Shown here in pieces: positions 26,691 to 37,228 of a DNA stretch of 64,000 nt. This DNA comes from an uncultured Gammaproteobacteria bacterium (GTDB lineage Bacteria; Patescibacteriota; Microgenomatia; Daviesbacterales; UBA10151), in assembly GCA_964640215.1 (NCBI GenBank), contig CAZXEW010000033.1:2382-66381 (forward strand), in the 5' to 3' direction. The position numbers and the translations under genes were made by a program. The notes beneath the pieces were generated by a model. The model saw nothing but the letters and a program-made list of their open reading frames with translations, was not told where the DNA came from and did no database searches. Every line of letters starts with the position of its first letter. The first letter of the stretch is position 1.

Positions 26691-27457
26691 ACAAAATTCA
26701 ACTGGCTAAAATATTCGCTTGTCCCCGTTGCCACTCTGCCTTGTCGATCCGTCAATCTAGCGCTAGCTGTTTGAAATGTAGTTATAAAGCCACCAAGTCA
26801 GGAGGTATATGGGCTTTGTTAAATACCAGAGAAAAAACCCATAGACACTCTAAACAAGGTTATGAGGACTTACACCAACTTAAGTCTGGTGGACCAACAG
26901 ACGGATCTTATGAGATCTTGGCGGCGATGGCCCAGGGCAATAAAACACTCGATATCGCTTGCGGTGAAGGGATTATCGAGCAGATGTCGCCGGAGACTGT
27001 CGGTCTAGATTTTTCAATGAACGCCTTAAAAAAGGCTCGCTTGAATAAAGTTAAATATTTAATCCAAGCCAAAGCTGAATCGTTACCTTTTAAAGATAAT
27101 AGTTTTGATGTAGCTATCTGTGCAGGTAGTTTGGAACATTTTAACGATCCTCAAAAGGCCATCAACGAGATGGTCCGTGTCTCCAAAATTCAGCTTCTAA
27201 CAGTCCACCGGGAGTTTAATCTGCCTTTTATCAGGTTTGGGCGTAAATTAGTCAGTCAAATTCTAAACATTTACCATCAACCAATCGAATCTCCACTAAC
27301 CTGGAAAGAGCTAGAAAAGATGTTAAATCGAGCCGGTACACATATAGTTTTTCAGGGTCTGTGGACCTTGCCGGTAAATTACGGACGGGTGATAGAACCG
27401 CTTCCGGTGTTTAAGAATATCCCGAGCTGCTTTTTTGTCATGACCGCCAAACTATGA
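26687..27457 (+). CDS. SAM-dependent methyltransferase with N-terminal Trm112-like zinc ribbon
   Basis: CPRCHSALSIRQSSASCLKCSYKATKSGGIWALL followed by LDIACGEGII and FDVAICAGSLEHF. Confidence 0.7.
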   Translation: MNKIQLAKIFACPRCHSALSIRQSSASCLKCSYKATKSGGIWALLNTREKTHRHSKQGYEDLHQLKSGGPTDGSYEILAAMAQGNKTLDIACGEGIIEQMSPETVGLDFSMNALKKARLNKVKYLIQAKAESLPFKDNSFDVAICAGSLEHFNDPQKAINEMVRVSKIQLLTVHREFNLPFIRFGRKLVSQILNIYHQPIESPLTWKELEKMLNRAGTHIVFQGLWTLPVNYGRVIEPLPVFKNIPSCFFVMTAKL

Positions 27458-28563
27458 AAGTCGGTGTAATTTCCTATTTATGTAGCACTCACTCCGGATC
27501 ACGTGCCCCAATCGATTTAGCCATCGCTCTTAGTAAATATACCCAGGTCAGTTTTTATGCTTTTTCGATAAAATCCGATCAAACGATTATAAAATACATG
27601 CAATCTCGAGGCATAAATGTTTGCCTTCTAAATAAATCATCTATACCTTTAATTGGTAGCCTGGTTGATTTAATAAATCTCTATCTGTTGTTAGCTAAAT
27701 CAAAAAATGATATCTTAACAACGCATAGTGTCTTATCTCTCGCCTTGGCCTGCTGGTGGTCTAGAATTCCAACTGTCGGTTGTTTTTATGGCACTCAGTT
27801 CAATGTATTGGATGAGCGGTTTGAACTGCCAAGTAGGCTGACGGGGATTTTGAATTGGCCACTAAATTTGATTATATATTCCAAATCATTACTTTTAGCC
27901 CAATTACCTAATCGGCTGGTCTCGATCTCAAAATACTGCGCCAATGAGGCTAAAAGATTGTATTGGCGAGAGAGTATGTGTATTTATCTGGGAAATATAC
28001 CACCCTACTTTCCTAAAAGCTCTAATAAATCTAGCCAAAAAATAACCTTACTTTCAGTGAGTCGGATAACACCGTATAAACAGTTTGACTTGCTTATCGA
28101 GGCTAAAAAAATACTGGGCATAAAAGATGTTCAACTAGTGTTAATAGGATCTTCACCACAACAAAAATATCTAAAATATTTGCGGCAAGTTGCTGATCGT
28201 TCAACCAATATTTTAATCGATCCCCCGGATAAAATTCTGGTCGACTATTATCATCGGTGCACTATCTATCTTAGCGCTGATAAATACTTATTTTTTGGAA
28301 TGCCGATTTTGGAGGCGGCTACATGCGGCAAACCAACTATAGCCCTAGATTATGCTGCTGCTAGTGAGATGATTGTTCATGCTAAAACTGGCTTCGTGGC
28401 CAAAGACTTACCCGGTTTGTGCCACTACTTAAAAGATTTAATCGAACATCCAAAAAAGAGCTTAAAAATGGGTCAACAAGCTAAAATACGCGCCAAGCAG
28501 AAGTTTAATTGGCAAAAATGTGCGCAGACTTATTTAAAAGTATTTTCTAGTCTAAGATCTTAA
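27454..28563 (+). CDS. GT-B fold glycosyltransferase (GT4-like)
   Basis: C-terminal ...FGMPILEAATCGKPTIALDYAAASEMIVHAKTGFV... (retaining GT-B E-x7-E-like region). Confidence 0.7.
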   Translation: MKVGVISYLCSTHSGSRAPIDLAIALSKYTQVSFYAFSIKSDQTIIKYMQSRGINVCLLNKSSIPLIGSLVDLINLYLLLAKSKNDILTTHSVLSLALACWWSRIPTVGCFYGTQFNVLDERFELPSRLTGILNWPLNLIIYSKSLLLAQLPNRLVSISKYCANEAKRLYWRESMCIYLGNIPPYFPKSSNKSSQKITLLSVSRITPYKQFDLLIEAKKILGIKDVQLVLIGSSPQQKYLKYLRQVADRSTNILIDPPDKILVDYYHRCTIYLSADKYLFFGMPILEAATCGKPTIALDYAAASEMIVHAKTGFVAKDLPGLCHYLKDLIEHPKKSLKMGQQAKIRAKQKFNWQKCAQTYLKVFSSLRS

Positions 28564-28601
28564 GGCGGAGTTGAAATTTGCATATGATATTATGCCAGTA
28601 A

Positions 28602-30368
28602 ATGACTTCAGCAAAGAACCAATCAATCTATGTTTTAGGCATAAATGAAGCCTCTTGTGCCTCGGCGGCAATTTTGCACAACGGACGAATTCTGGCAGCA
28701 GCTTCCGAAGAGAGGTTCACCGGAATCAAGAATCAGTGGGGTTTTCCTAAAAAGGCCATTGACTTTTGTTGCCAGTTTGCAGGTATTAAATCCTCGGATC
28801 TTAACCTGGTTGTCCTATCTTATCTTGACCCTTACCCTCATTTTACTTTCAACAAAGCCCAGGAACGTATGGAGTTTGCACCGAACATCCTCAAGTCCTT
28901 GCGGGACCACGCACCTGGGTTAGAGTATAAACTCCCAGCCCTAAATGCAGTTACTGATCTCGGACGAGCCGCCTATTACCAATTCTATCAGGGACCCAAT
29001 CAACGTCTCCAACAGCTCGAAATCGCTCAAGCGCTGGGGGTATCAACTTCCCAAATTATCCGAATCGATCATCACCTCTGCCACGCGTATTCAGGTTTTT
29101 ACGCTAACCCGGATTTTAAAGTTAAAAAAACTTTAGTTTTAACTTGTGATGGTGCTGGAGATGGAAACTCTGCCAGCGTTTATTTGGTTGAAGACGGTTA
29201 TTTTAAATTAATTTCCAAAACAGCTCATAGCTCTTCCTTGGGATTACTTTATGCAAGTGTAACCAGTTTTTTAGGATTAAAACCTCATGAAGATGAGTTT
29301 AAAGTGATGGGGTTAGCCGCTTACACCAACCGCAGTGATTATTTAAGTATTTACGAGAAACTGAAAAAGCTGATTTGGGTCGAAGGACTAGTATTTAAAA
29401 CCGCTCTACCCAGCCGCCACTACAATTTTTACCTTCGAGATAACTTTACAAGCGTCCGGTTTGATCATTTGGCTGGAGCCCTCCAAGCTTTAACTGAAGA
29501 CCTAATCTGTGAATGGGTCAGTAATGCAATTAAAAAATTAAAGGTCAACGATCTTATCTTTAGTGGTGGGGTATTCCAAAACGTCAAACTAAACAAAGCT
29601 ATCACCAACTTAAAACTAACCAATAAAATATTTTTTATGCCTAGTCCGGGTGATGAGACCAACTGCTTCGGTGCCGCTTACTACGGATACCAAAGATTAT
29701 GCCAAGACAAAGGGATAACCTGTGAGATCGAACCACTCCAAAACCTCTATTTAGGTCCACAATATAGTCAAACTCAGATCGATCAAGCACTCAAAAAGTA
29801 TCCACAACTAATCATTAAAAAACCCAAGGAGTTGGCCAAAACAGTGGCTAAATTAATAGCTGAGGGGTCGGTGGTAGCTAGATTTGCTGGACGGATGGAG
29901 ATGGGTAGCCGAGGTTTGGGTAATCGCTCGATCCTAGCTGATCCCCGAAATGTTCGAATAGTTGAAAAGATTAATCGTCTGATAAAACTACGCGATTTCT
30001 GGATGCCTTTTGCTCCAACTATCTTAGATGAGTCCGCCAGTAAATATATCCGAGACCCCAAAAAACTTGAGGCACCGTTTATGATTTTAACTTTCGCGAC
30101 AACCGAGCCCGGAAAGACCTCCTTACCCGCAGCGCTTCATCGCTATGACCAAACAACCCGACCTCAGCTGCTCAAAACAGAAGTTAACCTTCCCTATTAT
30201 CAGATTATTAAGGAATTTGAAAAATTAACTGGGGTTGGGGCAGTGCTTAATACTTCATTTAATTTACACGGCCGGCCAATTGTCTGCACTCCTATAAACG
30301 CCTTAGAGACCTTTGTTAAATCGGGGTTAGAATATCTAATATTAGAAGATTATTTGATTACCAAATGA
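28602..30368 (+). CDS. NodU/CmcH-family carbamoyltransferase
   Basis: YVLGINEASCASAAILHNGRILAAASEERFTGIKNQWGFPKKAIDFC (Carbam_trans_N, ASKHA fold) and the C-terminal carbamoyltransferase domain; 588 aa is typical. Confidence 0.85.
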   Translation: MTSAKNQSIYVLGINEASCASAAILHNGRILAAASEERFTGIKNQWGFPKKAIDFCCQFAGIKSSDLNLVVLSYLDPYPHFTFNKAQERMEFAPNILKSLRDHAPGLEYKLPALNAVTDLGRAAYYQFYQGPNQRLQQLEIAQALGVSTSQIIRIDHHLCHAYSGFYANPDFKVKKTLVLTCDGAGDGNSASVYLVEDGYFKLISKTAHSSSLGLLYASVTSFLGLKPHEDEFKVMGLAAYTNRSDYLSIYEKLKKLIWVEGLVFKTALPSRHYNFYLRDNFTSVRFDHLAGALQALTEDLICEWVSNAIKKLKVNDLIFSGGVFQNVKLNKAITNLKLTNKIFFMPSPGDETNCFGAAYYGYQRLCQDKGITCEIEPLQNLYLGPQYSQTQIDQALKKYPQLIIKKPKELAKTVAKLIAEGSVVARFAGRMEMGSRGLGNRSILADPRNVRIVEKINRLIKLRDFWMPFAPTILDESASKYIRDPKKLEAPFMILTFATTEPGKTSLPAALHRYDQTTRPQLLKTEVNLPYYQIIKEFEKLTGVGAVLNTSFNLHGRPIVCTPINALETFVKSGLEYLILEDYLITK

Positions 30369-31066
30369 AAAAGAAACAACTATATAATAAACAATATTTT
30401 TTGGATCGGGATCATTTGGATTTAATAATTGCCGAATCAATTCATCTTCTGATGCAAGACCATGGCCTGAAGTGCGTTTTGGATGTTGGCTGTGGTAGCG
30501 GAAAATTAGTCAAATTCTTGAATCAGCGTAAATTTAGCGCCTTCGGTGTGGATTTAGAGTCACAAGGACTTAAAATGGCGCGTAAAATCAATCAAAAAGG
30601 GAAGATCATAGCCTCAAGCGCTGATAAATTACCATTTAAGGATAAAACTTTTGATTTAATAACTTCGATCTCGGTAATCGAACATTTAACATCCCAGCAA
30701 GCTGGCAAGTTTTTAAAAGAATCCTATCGAGTATTAAGCCCAGGGGGGTATATTTTTATGATCACCCCAAACTTTAACAGCCCTATGAGGTTTTTGGCCG
30801 GCAAGAAATGGTTCGGTTATCTTGATCCAACTCACATTAACTTTTTTACTCCCGCAATTCTATCAAAACTTCTAACCAAGACCGGATTTAACAATGTTAA
30901 ATTGCGGATCAGGGCCGCTAGAAATGTTAATTTTGATTGGCATTTACCCAGCCCGCTTCGAGTACTACCCGGGCCTTTAAAAAATATCTTAAACTATCTC
31001 ATGATTTCATCTCCTTTATCTACCTTAAGGGATAGTTTTTGGATCTTTGCCCATAAACCACTATGA
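30365..31066 (+). CDS. class I SAM-dependent methyltransferase
   Basis: VLDVGCGSGKLVKFL; FDLITSISVIEHL; LSPGGYIFMITPN. Confidence 0.75.
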   Translation: MKKKQLYNKQYFLDRDHLDLIIAESIHLLMQDHGLKCVLDVGCGSGKLVKFLNQRKFSAFGVDLESQGLKMARKINQKGKIIASSADKLPFKDKTFDLITSISVIEHLTSQQAGKFLKESYRVLSPGGYIFMITPNFNSPMRFLAGKKWFGYLDPTHINFFTPAILSKLLTKTGFNNVKLRIRAARNVNFDWHLPSPLRVLPGPLKNILNYLMISSPLSTLRDSFWIFAHKPL

Positions 31067-33402
31067 CTCAAAGAAAGTTAAGTATTGGAGTGGTCGTTGA
31101 TCAGTTATTAGCTGGTGGCGTCCAACTATCTGCCATTGAACAAGTTAAAGCCTTAAATAAACTCGGGCACCATGCCAAACTGCTAATTTTGATGAAGAAA
31201 AAGTATACAACAGATTTCTCATATTTAGTTAAAGATGTTCCTTACCAATATTTATCCGACTCCTATCCTCCACTGTTTCGAAAAACCATCAAATTTCCAA
31301 TTTTTAGTTTCTTTTCAACACTCCACTTGATGAGTCCGATCCTAGCTCCCAGAGTGATCAAAAAAGGTGACTACGATATTTTAATTAGCCTGGGAACCAC
31401 CACCTGTCTGACTACTCAAGCGATCTTCAAAAAAAACCAAATCCCTTATATTGCCATCATTCACGATCCGATTATCTATATACTTGAAACGGTTTATTCT
31501 CAAACCTTTTTAAGGTTTACCTTTCCGCTGATAAAACCACTAGCGAAGTATTTTGAAAGATCATTTGTAAAAGATGCCAAAGACACCCTTATAATCTCAA
31601 AGGTTCACTTCGATTATATTCAGAAAAACTACGGTATCAAACCTAAAATCTTAGGTTTATCAACCTCATATTTAAAAAAACTGCCTTTAAAAAGAGGCAA
31701 CTACTTATTATCCTTTGGTCGCTGGCAAAAGGAGAAAAACCCGGAGTTCTTACTTGAGTTACTAAGCACACTCCCCGAAGCTAAGTTAATTGTTGCCGGC
31801 AGCTGGATTGTTGTGGCTGATTTAAAACACTTTCGAAGCCAAATTATAGCCAGAAGCTTGCAAAAAAGAGTTAAAATCATCACCCATTATTCGGATAAAC
31901 AATTAATTCAACTATCTAAACAAGCCCGTTTTTGGCTTTATCCTCATTTTGAGGCCTTTGGACTGGCAGCACTTGAAGCAGCTAGTTTCGGTCTACCAAT
32001 TATTATTCCCCAAAAATCCGGGGTGACTGAAAGCTTTCAACATGGTGTACACGGCTTTTTCCCAGCCCAAGTGACTATAGCTAGCTACAAAAACTACGTT
32101 GCTAAATTATTATCGGATGAACGACTAGCCTTTCGGATGGGCTTAAATGCCGCCGAGTTGGTGAAACAACACTTTTCTGCTGAGGCGATCAGTCAAGAGT
32201 TATTAAAGATTATCAATTCCGCCCTAGACTTACCTGAACCAGCTCGAATTTTTGTATTGGAAACAGGCCACGCTCCTGGTGCAACACTAGCAGGAGGGGA
32301 TAAATTAATGGAACCAATGGTAGCCAGACTACCTGACAAATATCGGGTCTGCGTAATTGTGCCTGAAATAGGCGCCAACCACTGGCAAAAAGCCGGACTC
32401 AAGAAAACTCTTTTTATCTTAAAAAAGAATCTCTTTGATCGTAGTAGCGCCCCAATACCGGTTTTTTTGACCTATTTGATCCGAATGTTTGAGACTAATC
32501 GGATTTTGAAAAATCAGCTCGGGCATGACTTACTCTACTCTTCAACCAATATCTTGCCGGATATTTTACCTGGGTTTTTAGCTAAGAGAAGATCTACGAC
32601 ACTCACCTGGATCGCTAGGATTCATCATCTTATTCCAGCGCCTCACAACCGTCAAGGTAAATTAGTGGTAAATATCGTCGCCTATTTAATGCAGATACTG
32701 GCTCTATCAATGATTCGTAAGCGAGCTGATGTAATTATTGTCTTAAACGACTCTTTGCAACGAGAGCTGCTTTTAAGAGGGTTTGCATCAAGTAAAATCC
32801 GGGTGTTGGGAGCCGGGATCGATTTTGTCAAAATTGACTCTCAACCGATATTAGTAGGTACAAAATCATATGATGGCGTATATTTAGGACGGCTGCACCC
32901 TGCTAAAGGAGTCTTTGACCTAATTCCAATTTGGGAACGTGTAGTCAAAAGTCAGCCCCAAGTCAGGCTAGCGGTTATCGGTGATGGCCAAGACCATCTG
33001 GTAGCTGAAATAAAAAGTATGATTAAGGTTAAAGGTCTAGCTAAAAATATTTTTCTAGTTGGGCCGTTACCTGATCAGCAGGTCTATAGTTTGATGAAAA
33101 AAGCCAAGATTTTTTTGTTTACAGATCATGAAGCGGGCTGGGGTATTGCTGTGGCTGAAGCTATGGCATGTGGTCTACCAATAGTTGGTTATGACAATGG
33201 AGTATTGGGTAGTGTCTACAAAAAAGGCTACCTCAAGATACCTCTAGCCAATCAGAGTAAATTTTCGCAAGCAGTCCTTCAGTTGTTGAAAAATCCTACT
33301 CTGAGAAAAAAATTAGCCACTAAAGCTTACCTTGAATCAGGCAAATATGATTGGATAAATACGGCATCAGAGTTTAATTCGATTTTGGGAAAAGTTGTCT
33401 AG
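31063..33402 (+). CDS. tandem double GT-B (GT4-like) glycosyltransferase
   Basis: Two GT-B C-terminal signatures: ...YPHFEAFGLAALEAASFGLPIIIP... and ...DHEAGWGIAVAEAMACGLPIVGYDNG...; 779 aa. Confidence 0.7.
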   Translation: MTQRKLSIGVVVDQLLAGGVQLSAIEQVKALNKLGHHAKLLILMKKKYTTDFSYLVKDVPYQYLSDSYPPLFRKTIKFPIFSFFSTLHLMSPILAPRVIKKGDYDILISLGTTTCLTTQAIFKKNQIPYIAIIHDPIIYILETVYSQTFLRFTFPLIKPLAKYFERSFVKDAKDTLIISKVHFDYIQKNYGIKPKILGLSTSYLKKLPLKRGNYLLSFGRWQKEKNPEFLLELLSTLPEAKLIVAGSWIVVADLKHFRSQIIARSLQKRVKIITHYSDKQLIQLSKQARFWLYPHFEAFGLAALEAASFGLPIIIPQKSGVTESFQHGVHGFFPAQVTIASYKNYVAKLLSDERLAFRMGLNAAELVKQHFSAEAISQELLKIINSALDLPEPARIFVLETGHAPGATLAGGDKLMEPMVARLPDKYRVCVIVPEIGANHWQKAGLKKTLFILKKNLFDRSSAPIPVFLTYLIRMFETNRILKNQLGHDLLYSSTNILPDILPGFLAKRRSTTLTWIARIHHLIPAPHNRQGKLVVNIVAYLMQILALSMIRKRADVIIVLNDSLQRELLLRGFASSKIRVLGAGIDFVKIDSQPILVGTKSYDGVYLGRLHPAKGVFDLIPIWERVVKSQPQVRLAVIGDGQDHLVAEIKSMIKVKGLAKNIFLVGPLPDQQVYSLMKKAKIFLFTDHEAGWGIAVAEAMACGLPIVGYDNGVLGSVYKKGYLKIPLANQSKFSQAVLQLLKNPTLRKKLATKAYLESGKYDWINTASEFNSILGKVV

Positions 33403-34459
33403 AATAACCCATAATTTGTTGATAGGATCTTTTTTGCAGTATAAAGTGACTAAATACAATTGAACCTTTAAAGGTCGTCTCGAGCGATTTTTGGTCATAA
33501 AAAGTGATCACACCCGAGCGAATCAGTGAAGGAATTACTTTACCTAACTGCCCATAAGCCCTGACGATCGACCAAAGATAGCTAAATCGAAACTCCAGCA
33601 AGTAATAAATAACCGCTAATATATCGAGGGAGAGCCTGACTAGGATTAACGGAAGATGTGGCCAAATTGAATAATGTTTTAAGACAAAATAGAGGCTGTT
33701 TCGATGATTAAGAAAGATCTTTAATCCCAAATTACCATTACTCGTTAAAGCACCTCGATGATAAACAACACTGCTCGGAATACAGAAAATTTGGAAACCA
33801 AGCTGTCTTATTCGAACACATAAATCGATCTCTTCATAATAGGCGAAAAAGAAGTCATCAAAACCCTTAATCAGGTTGAAAATGTGCCGCCTGATCATTA
33901 AACAAGCACCCGCAGCCCACTCTATCTCACAAATCTGATCATATTGACCAGTATCTTTTTCAATGCTTTTAAAAACCCGTCCTCTGGTAAATGGATAGCC
34001 TAATTTATCAATAAAGCCTCCTGCTCCCCCGGCGTAATCAAAATAATTACGACGCGTTAAAGAGTGCAATTTAGGTTGACACGCACCAACCTGTGGATTA
34101 GATAATAGAAAAAGGTGCAGCGGCGGTAACCAATTTGCGCTCACAACTGTGTCATTATTTAAAAACACCAAAAAATCTCCTTTGGCTAATTTAGCAGCCT
34201 CGTTGTTACCACGGGCGTAACCTAAATTCTGGTTTGACTTAATTAATTGGATTGATAAACCCCTTAACTTTAATAAACCTGCACTCAAAACTCTTAATTG
34301 TCCTCGATCTGAACCGTTATCCCAAAGAATGATCTCTAACTCTCTGGCTAGAGTATGTTTATTAATTGATTTAAGACACCGCAGTGTCGAGATAGCTTGA
34401 TTGTAATTTAGAATGATGATCGAGAAGATAGGTTTAGGCAAACTGGCTATTTTGATCAT
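33374..34459 (-). CDS. glycosyltransferase family 2
   Basis: FSIIILNYNQAISTLRCLKSI...LWDNGS...NNDTVV. Confidence 0.8.
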   Translation of the reverse strand: MIKIASLPKPIFSIIILNYNQAISTLRCLKSINKHTLARELEIILWDNGSDRGQLRVLSAGLLKLRGLSIQLIKSNQNLGYARGNNEAAKLAKGDFLVFLNNDTVVSANWLPPLHLFLLSNPQVGACQPKLHSLTRRNYFDYAGGAGGFIDKLGYPFTRGRVFKSIEKDTGQYDQICEIEWAAGACLMIRRHIFNLIKGFDDFFFAYYEEIDLCVRIRQLGFQIFCIPSSVVYHRGALTSNGNLGLKIFLNHRNSLYFVLKHYSIWPHLPLILVRLSLDILAVIYYLLEFRFSYLWSIVRAYGQLGKVIPSLIRSGVITFYDQKSLETTFKGSIVFSHFILQKRSYQQIMGYSRQLFPKSN

Positions 34460-34504
34460 GATATTTAAAGTAAGGTATCTTTAGTATAAACTAAATTAAA
34501 CTTT

Positions 34505-37228
34505 ATGCTTAAGATTTTGGCTAGGATCGGAAATATTGCTGATAAAATAATTTCTCTGATCGCCTTAGCGATAGCTATCGTTCTAATATTTGAAACATTT
34601 AAGCCGCTTATTTATGAATATTTAAATTTTCCAAGACCGATTGGTGGTGATTATTACAACGGCTTAACTTATTCAACAGCCTTTGCTAAACACACCCCCT
34701 TTCCACCAACTGGCTGGCTGTCTTTTTGGCATGAAGGAATTCCGATAATCGGTGGCTACCCAACTACTCCAATTTACTTAATGGCGCCATTATTTAAATC
34801 AATGGACCCATCCAGTGCTATGGAAGGTTTTATGATCGGATCTTTATTATTATTTTTAGTCGCCTGTTTGATTCTTTTTTGGGTCACCAGTCACAGTGTA
34901 GCTTTATCGCTGATTTTAACTTGGGTTATTTTTCAGACTCGGGGAACTTATTACCAGTTATTTGGTGAGGGTTTGATTGCCGCCACCACTGCACAGTGTT
35001 TGATGCCGCTAACCTTAATATTTGTATATCTATACACAAAACACAAAAACCCCAGACTGTTAATAACAGGCGCGGTTTTGACTGGTTTGGCGATACTACT
35101 GCACACCGCCATGGGGCTTTTAACGGTCATGTTTCCCAGTTTGGTTATTTTGGCTATTTATTTATGGAAACAACCACAGTCACGGTTATCAAAGTTGGCA
35201 ATACTTGGAAAATATGCTCTGATCTCATTTTTAGTTGGGAGTATCGGTGCTTACGGCATGTTTCTGACAATGGTTAAAGGTGGCGGTAGCGGGGCTTGTA
35301 ATAGCCCTCAATGCTGGGGAATATATCCTGCTCATTTTAAACTGTGGTTAACTACTTTTTCGCCGGTATTAGCTGCGTCGTTTATATTAACTGCCGTAAC
35401 TTTCAAATTAATTAAGCCAAAAAAGGTATCTATCATCAGTCCCTTAGCTTTTAGCTTGGCATTTATAGGTTTAAGTTTGTATCCATTAGTGGCTTATTTT
35501 CACTGGATCGACACTTTTATAAGCGCGATCTTTCCAAGGCGGATTTTTTGGGCGATTAATTTATTATTGCTACTGATAGCCTCAAGTGCTTACTTAAGTG
35601 TAGCTAAAGGGTTGGGCAAATATTTATCCAGAATTATCTCGGTTATCATGCTGGCAGGAGTGCTATTTGTCTATTTAACCATGCCTGAGAGTTTAAAATT
35701 TGATACCCAATCGATCTTTAACTACCCCGGAACTATCCCAGCTAATGTCTGGGAATACATTACACCCAAATATCAAAAGCATTCGATTGATGAGTTGGTG
35801 CCAAGCTGGGTAGCAAAAAAGGCTCTGACCGAAAATAATTATCGGTTTGACAGTCTGGATCAGCAGGTCAACCATTGGTGGAACAGTGTTTTTGAGATGC
35901 CGGCGATCCGAGGCTATTCTAACAGTCCGATCGGTGAAAACGCCCAGTGGCTCTATTATTTTCAGATTGGTACGGCTGAAAATAGCTCAAAAGATCCACC
36001 AGAGTTAATTAAGAATCGTTCGTTATTTTTAATTGATCAGTTCGGGGTTGGACTTTACGAAGACTCAGCCCGAAGTCAGTCTGGCGGGGTACTGGGATAC
36101 GATCAAAAATTGATTTTAGACGACCCGCAGATCATGATTCGTCAGGACAAAGCCCGGGAGCTAACCTTTTATGAATTATCTCCAAAAATGACCTCGCCAA
36201 TCGTGGCGGCAACCAACGCTACGCCGGTACTAGTTGTGGGCGATGAGGAAGGGTACCAGACTTTGATGCGAGCGCTGTCGCTAACAGGTATCACCTCCAG
36301 ACAAATAGTGCCGGTTAAGGGCCCAGCGAGTATTGATGCCCTCACAAATTTTGAGTTGGAAAACTTTCCAGTGATCTTTCTTTATAGCTTTAAAGGAAAC
36401 ATTAATAAATTAGATCAGTTTATTGCTCAGGGAGGTCAGCTGATTGTCGAAACAGGTGCGTTGAAGACTAGTTTACCTGCTAATTGGCCGAGCTTTTTTC
36501 CAGTCAAAATGATCAGCCAGGTTGAAGTATATGACAAAGTCTCTCCTGAGTTGGGCGTGAAGAGTGTTTTAACAACGGATGTCGATCCGTCTAAATTTGC
36601 CCAGTTTAGCTATCAAGGTGGCTCTTGGAAAATGGGAGTAGGCAGTCAGGAAAACCTTTCTGCTGGCGCCAAAACACTGTTAACCCATAATAATAAAATT
36701 ATTTTAGCCGAGAAACAGTATCAGCAAGGCCGGGTAATTTGGAGTGGTGTTAATTTGCCATATCATATTATCACCAATCAGAATTTAGACGAAGTCCGAT
36801 TGTTAAAAAATATCCTCAGCTCGACTGTGGATAGCCTTCCAACGGTCAATTTTGTGATGAAACGGCCAGTACCGGAAAATATTCAAGTTGAAGGGGACAA
36901 GTTTCGGGGGATATTTTTTAAGGAAAATTATAATTCCGGTTGGCATGCAAAAAGCTCAGGCAAAGATTTGAGCATGTATAAAGCAGGCTTAGGCTTTATG
37001 TATTTTCCAATTCCTGAGATAAACTCTGGCAAACATCTATCAGTATCAATTAATTATATCGGTAACCTGGCAACTCGGGGGTTTTTTACCTTAAGCGTTG
37101 CCAGCTTTTTGATGGCAATAGCATATATTATTTGGCGCAAACCATTTCAAATAGTTGCCAGACTGTTACACAAAGCTGTTAATCAAATCATCAAACGGTT
37201 TAAGACTTGGTTTGACAAAGAGGAATGA
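34505..37228 (+). CDS. YfhO-like large polytopic membrane protein (putative GT-C glycosyltransferase), paralog 1
   Basis: 907 aa; ~12 N-terminal TM helices, ~450-aa extracytoplasmic domain, one C-terminal TM then an acidic tail (..FDKEE); shares the blocks WWNSVFEMPAIRGY and VIWSGVNLPYH with two downstream paralogs. Confidence 0.5.
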   Translation: MLKILARIGNIADKIISLIALAIAIVLIFETFKPLIYEYLNFPRPIGGDYYNGLTYSTAFAKHTPFPPTGWLSFWHEGIPIIGGYPTTPIYLMAPLFKSMDPSSAMEGFMIGSLLLFLVACLILFWVTSHSVALSLILTWVIFQTRGTYYQLFGEGLIAATTAQCLMPLTLIFVYLYTKHKNPRLLITGAVLTGLAILLHTAMGLLTVMFPSLVILAIYLWKQPQSRLSKLAILGKYALISFLVGSIGAYGMFLTMVKGGGSGACNSPQCWGIYPAHFKLWLTTFSPVLAASFILTAVTFKLIKPKKVSIISPLAFSLAFIGLSLYPLVAYFHWIDTFISAIFPRRIFWAINLLLLLIASSAYLSVAKGLGKYLSRIISVIMLAGVLFVYLTMPESLKFDTQSIFNYPGTIPANVWEYITPKYQKHSIDELVPSWVAKKALTENNYRFDSLDQQVNHWWNSVFEMPAIRGYSNSPIGENAQWLYYFQIGTAENSSKDPPELIKNRSLFLIDQFGVGLYEDSARSQSGGVLGYDQKLILDDPQIMIRQDKARELTFYELSPKMTSPIVAATNATPVLVVGDEEGYQTLMRALSLTGITSRQIVPVKGPASIDALTNFELENFPVIFLYSFKGNINKLDQFIAQGGQLIVETGALKTSLPANWPSFFPVKMISQVEVYDKVSPELGVKSVLTTDVDPSKFAQFSYQGGSWKMGVGSQENLSAGAKTLLTHNNKIILAEKQYQQGRVIWSGVNLPYHIITNQNLDEVRLLKNILSSTVDSLPTVNFVMKRPVPENIQVEGDKFRGIFFKENYNSGWHAKSSGKDLSMYKAGLGFMYFPIPEINSGKHLSVSINYIGNLATRGFFTLSVASFLMAIAYIIWRKPFQIVARLLHKAVNQIIKRFKTWFDKEE

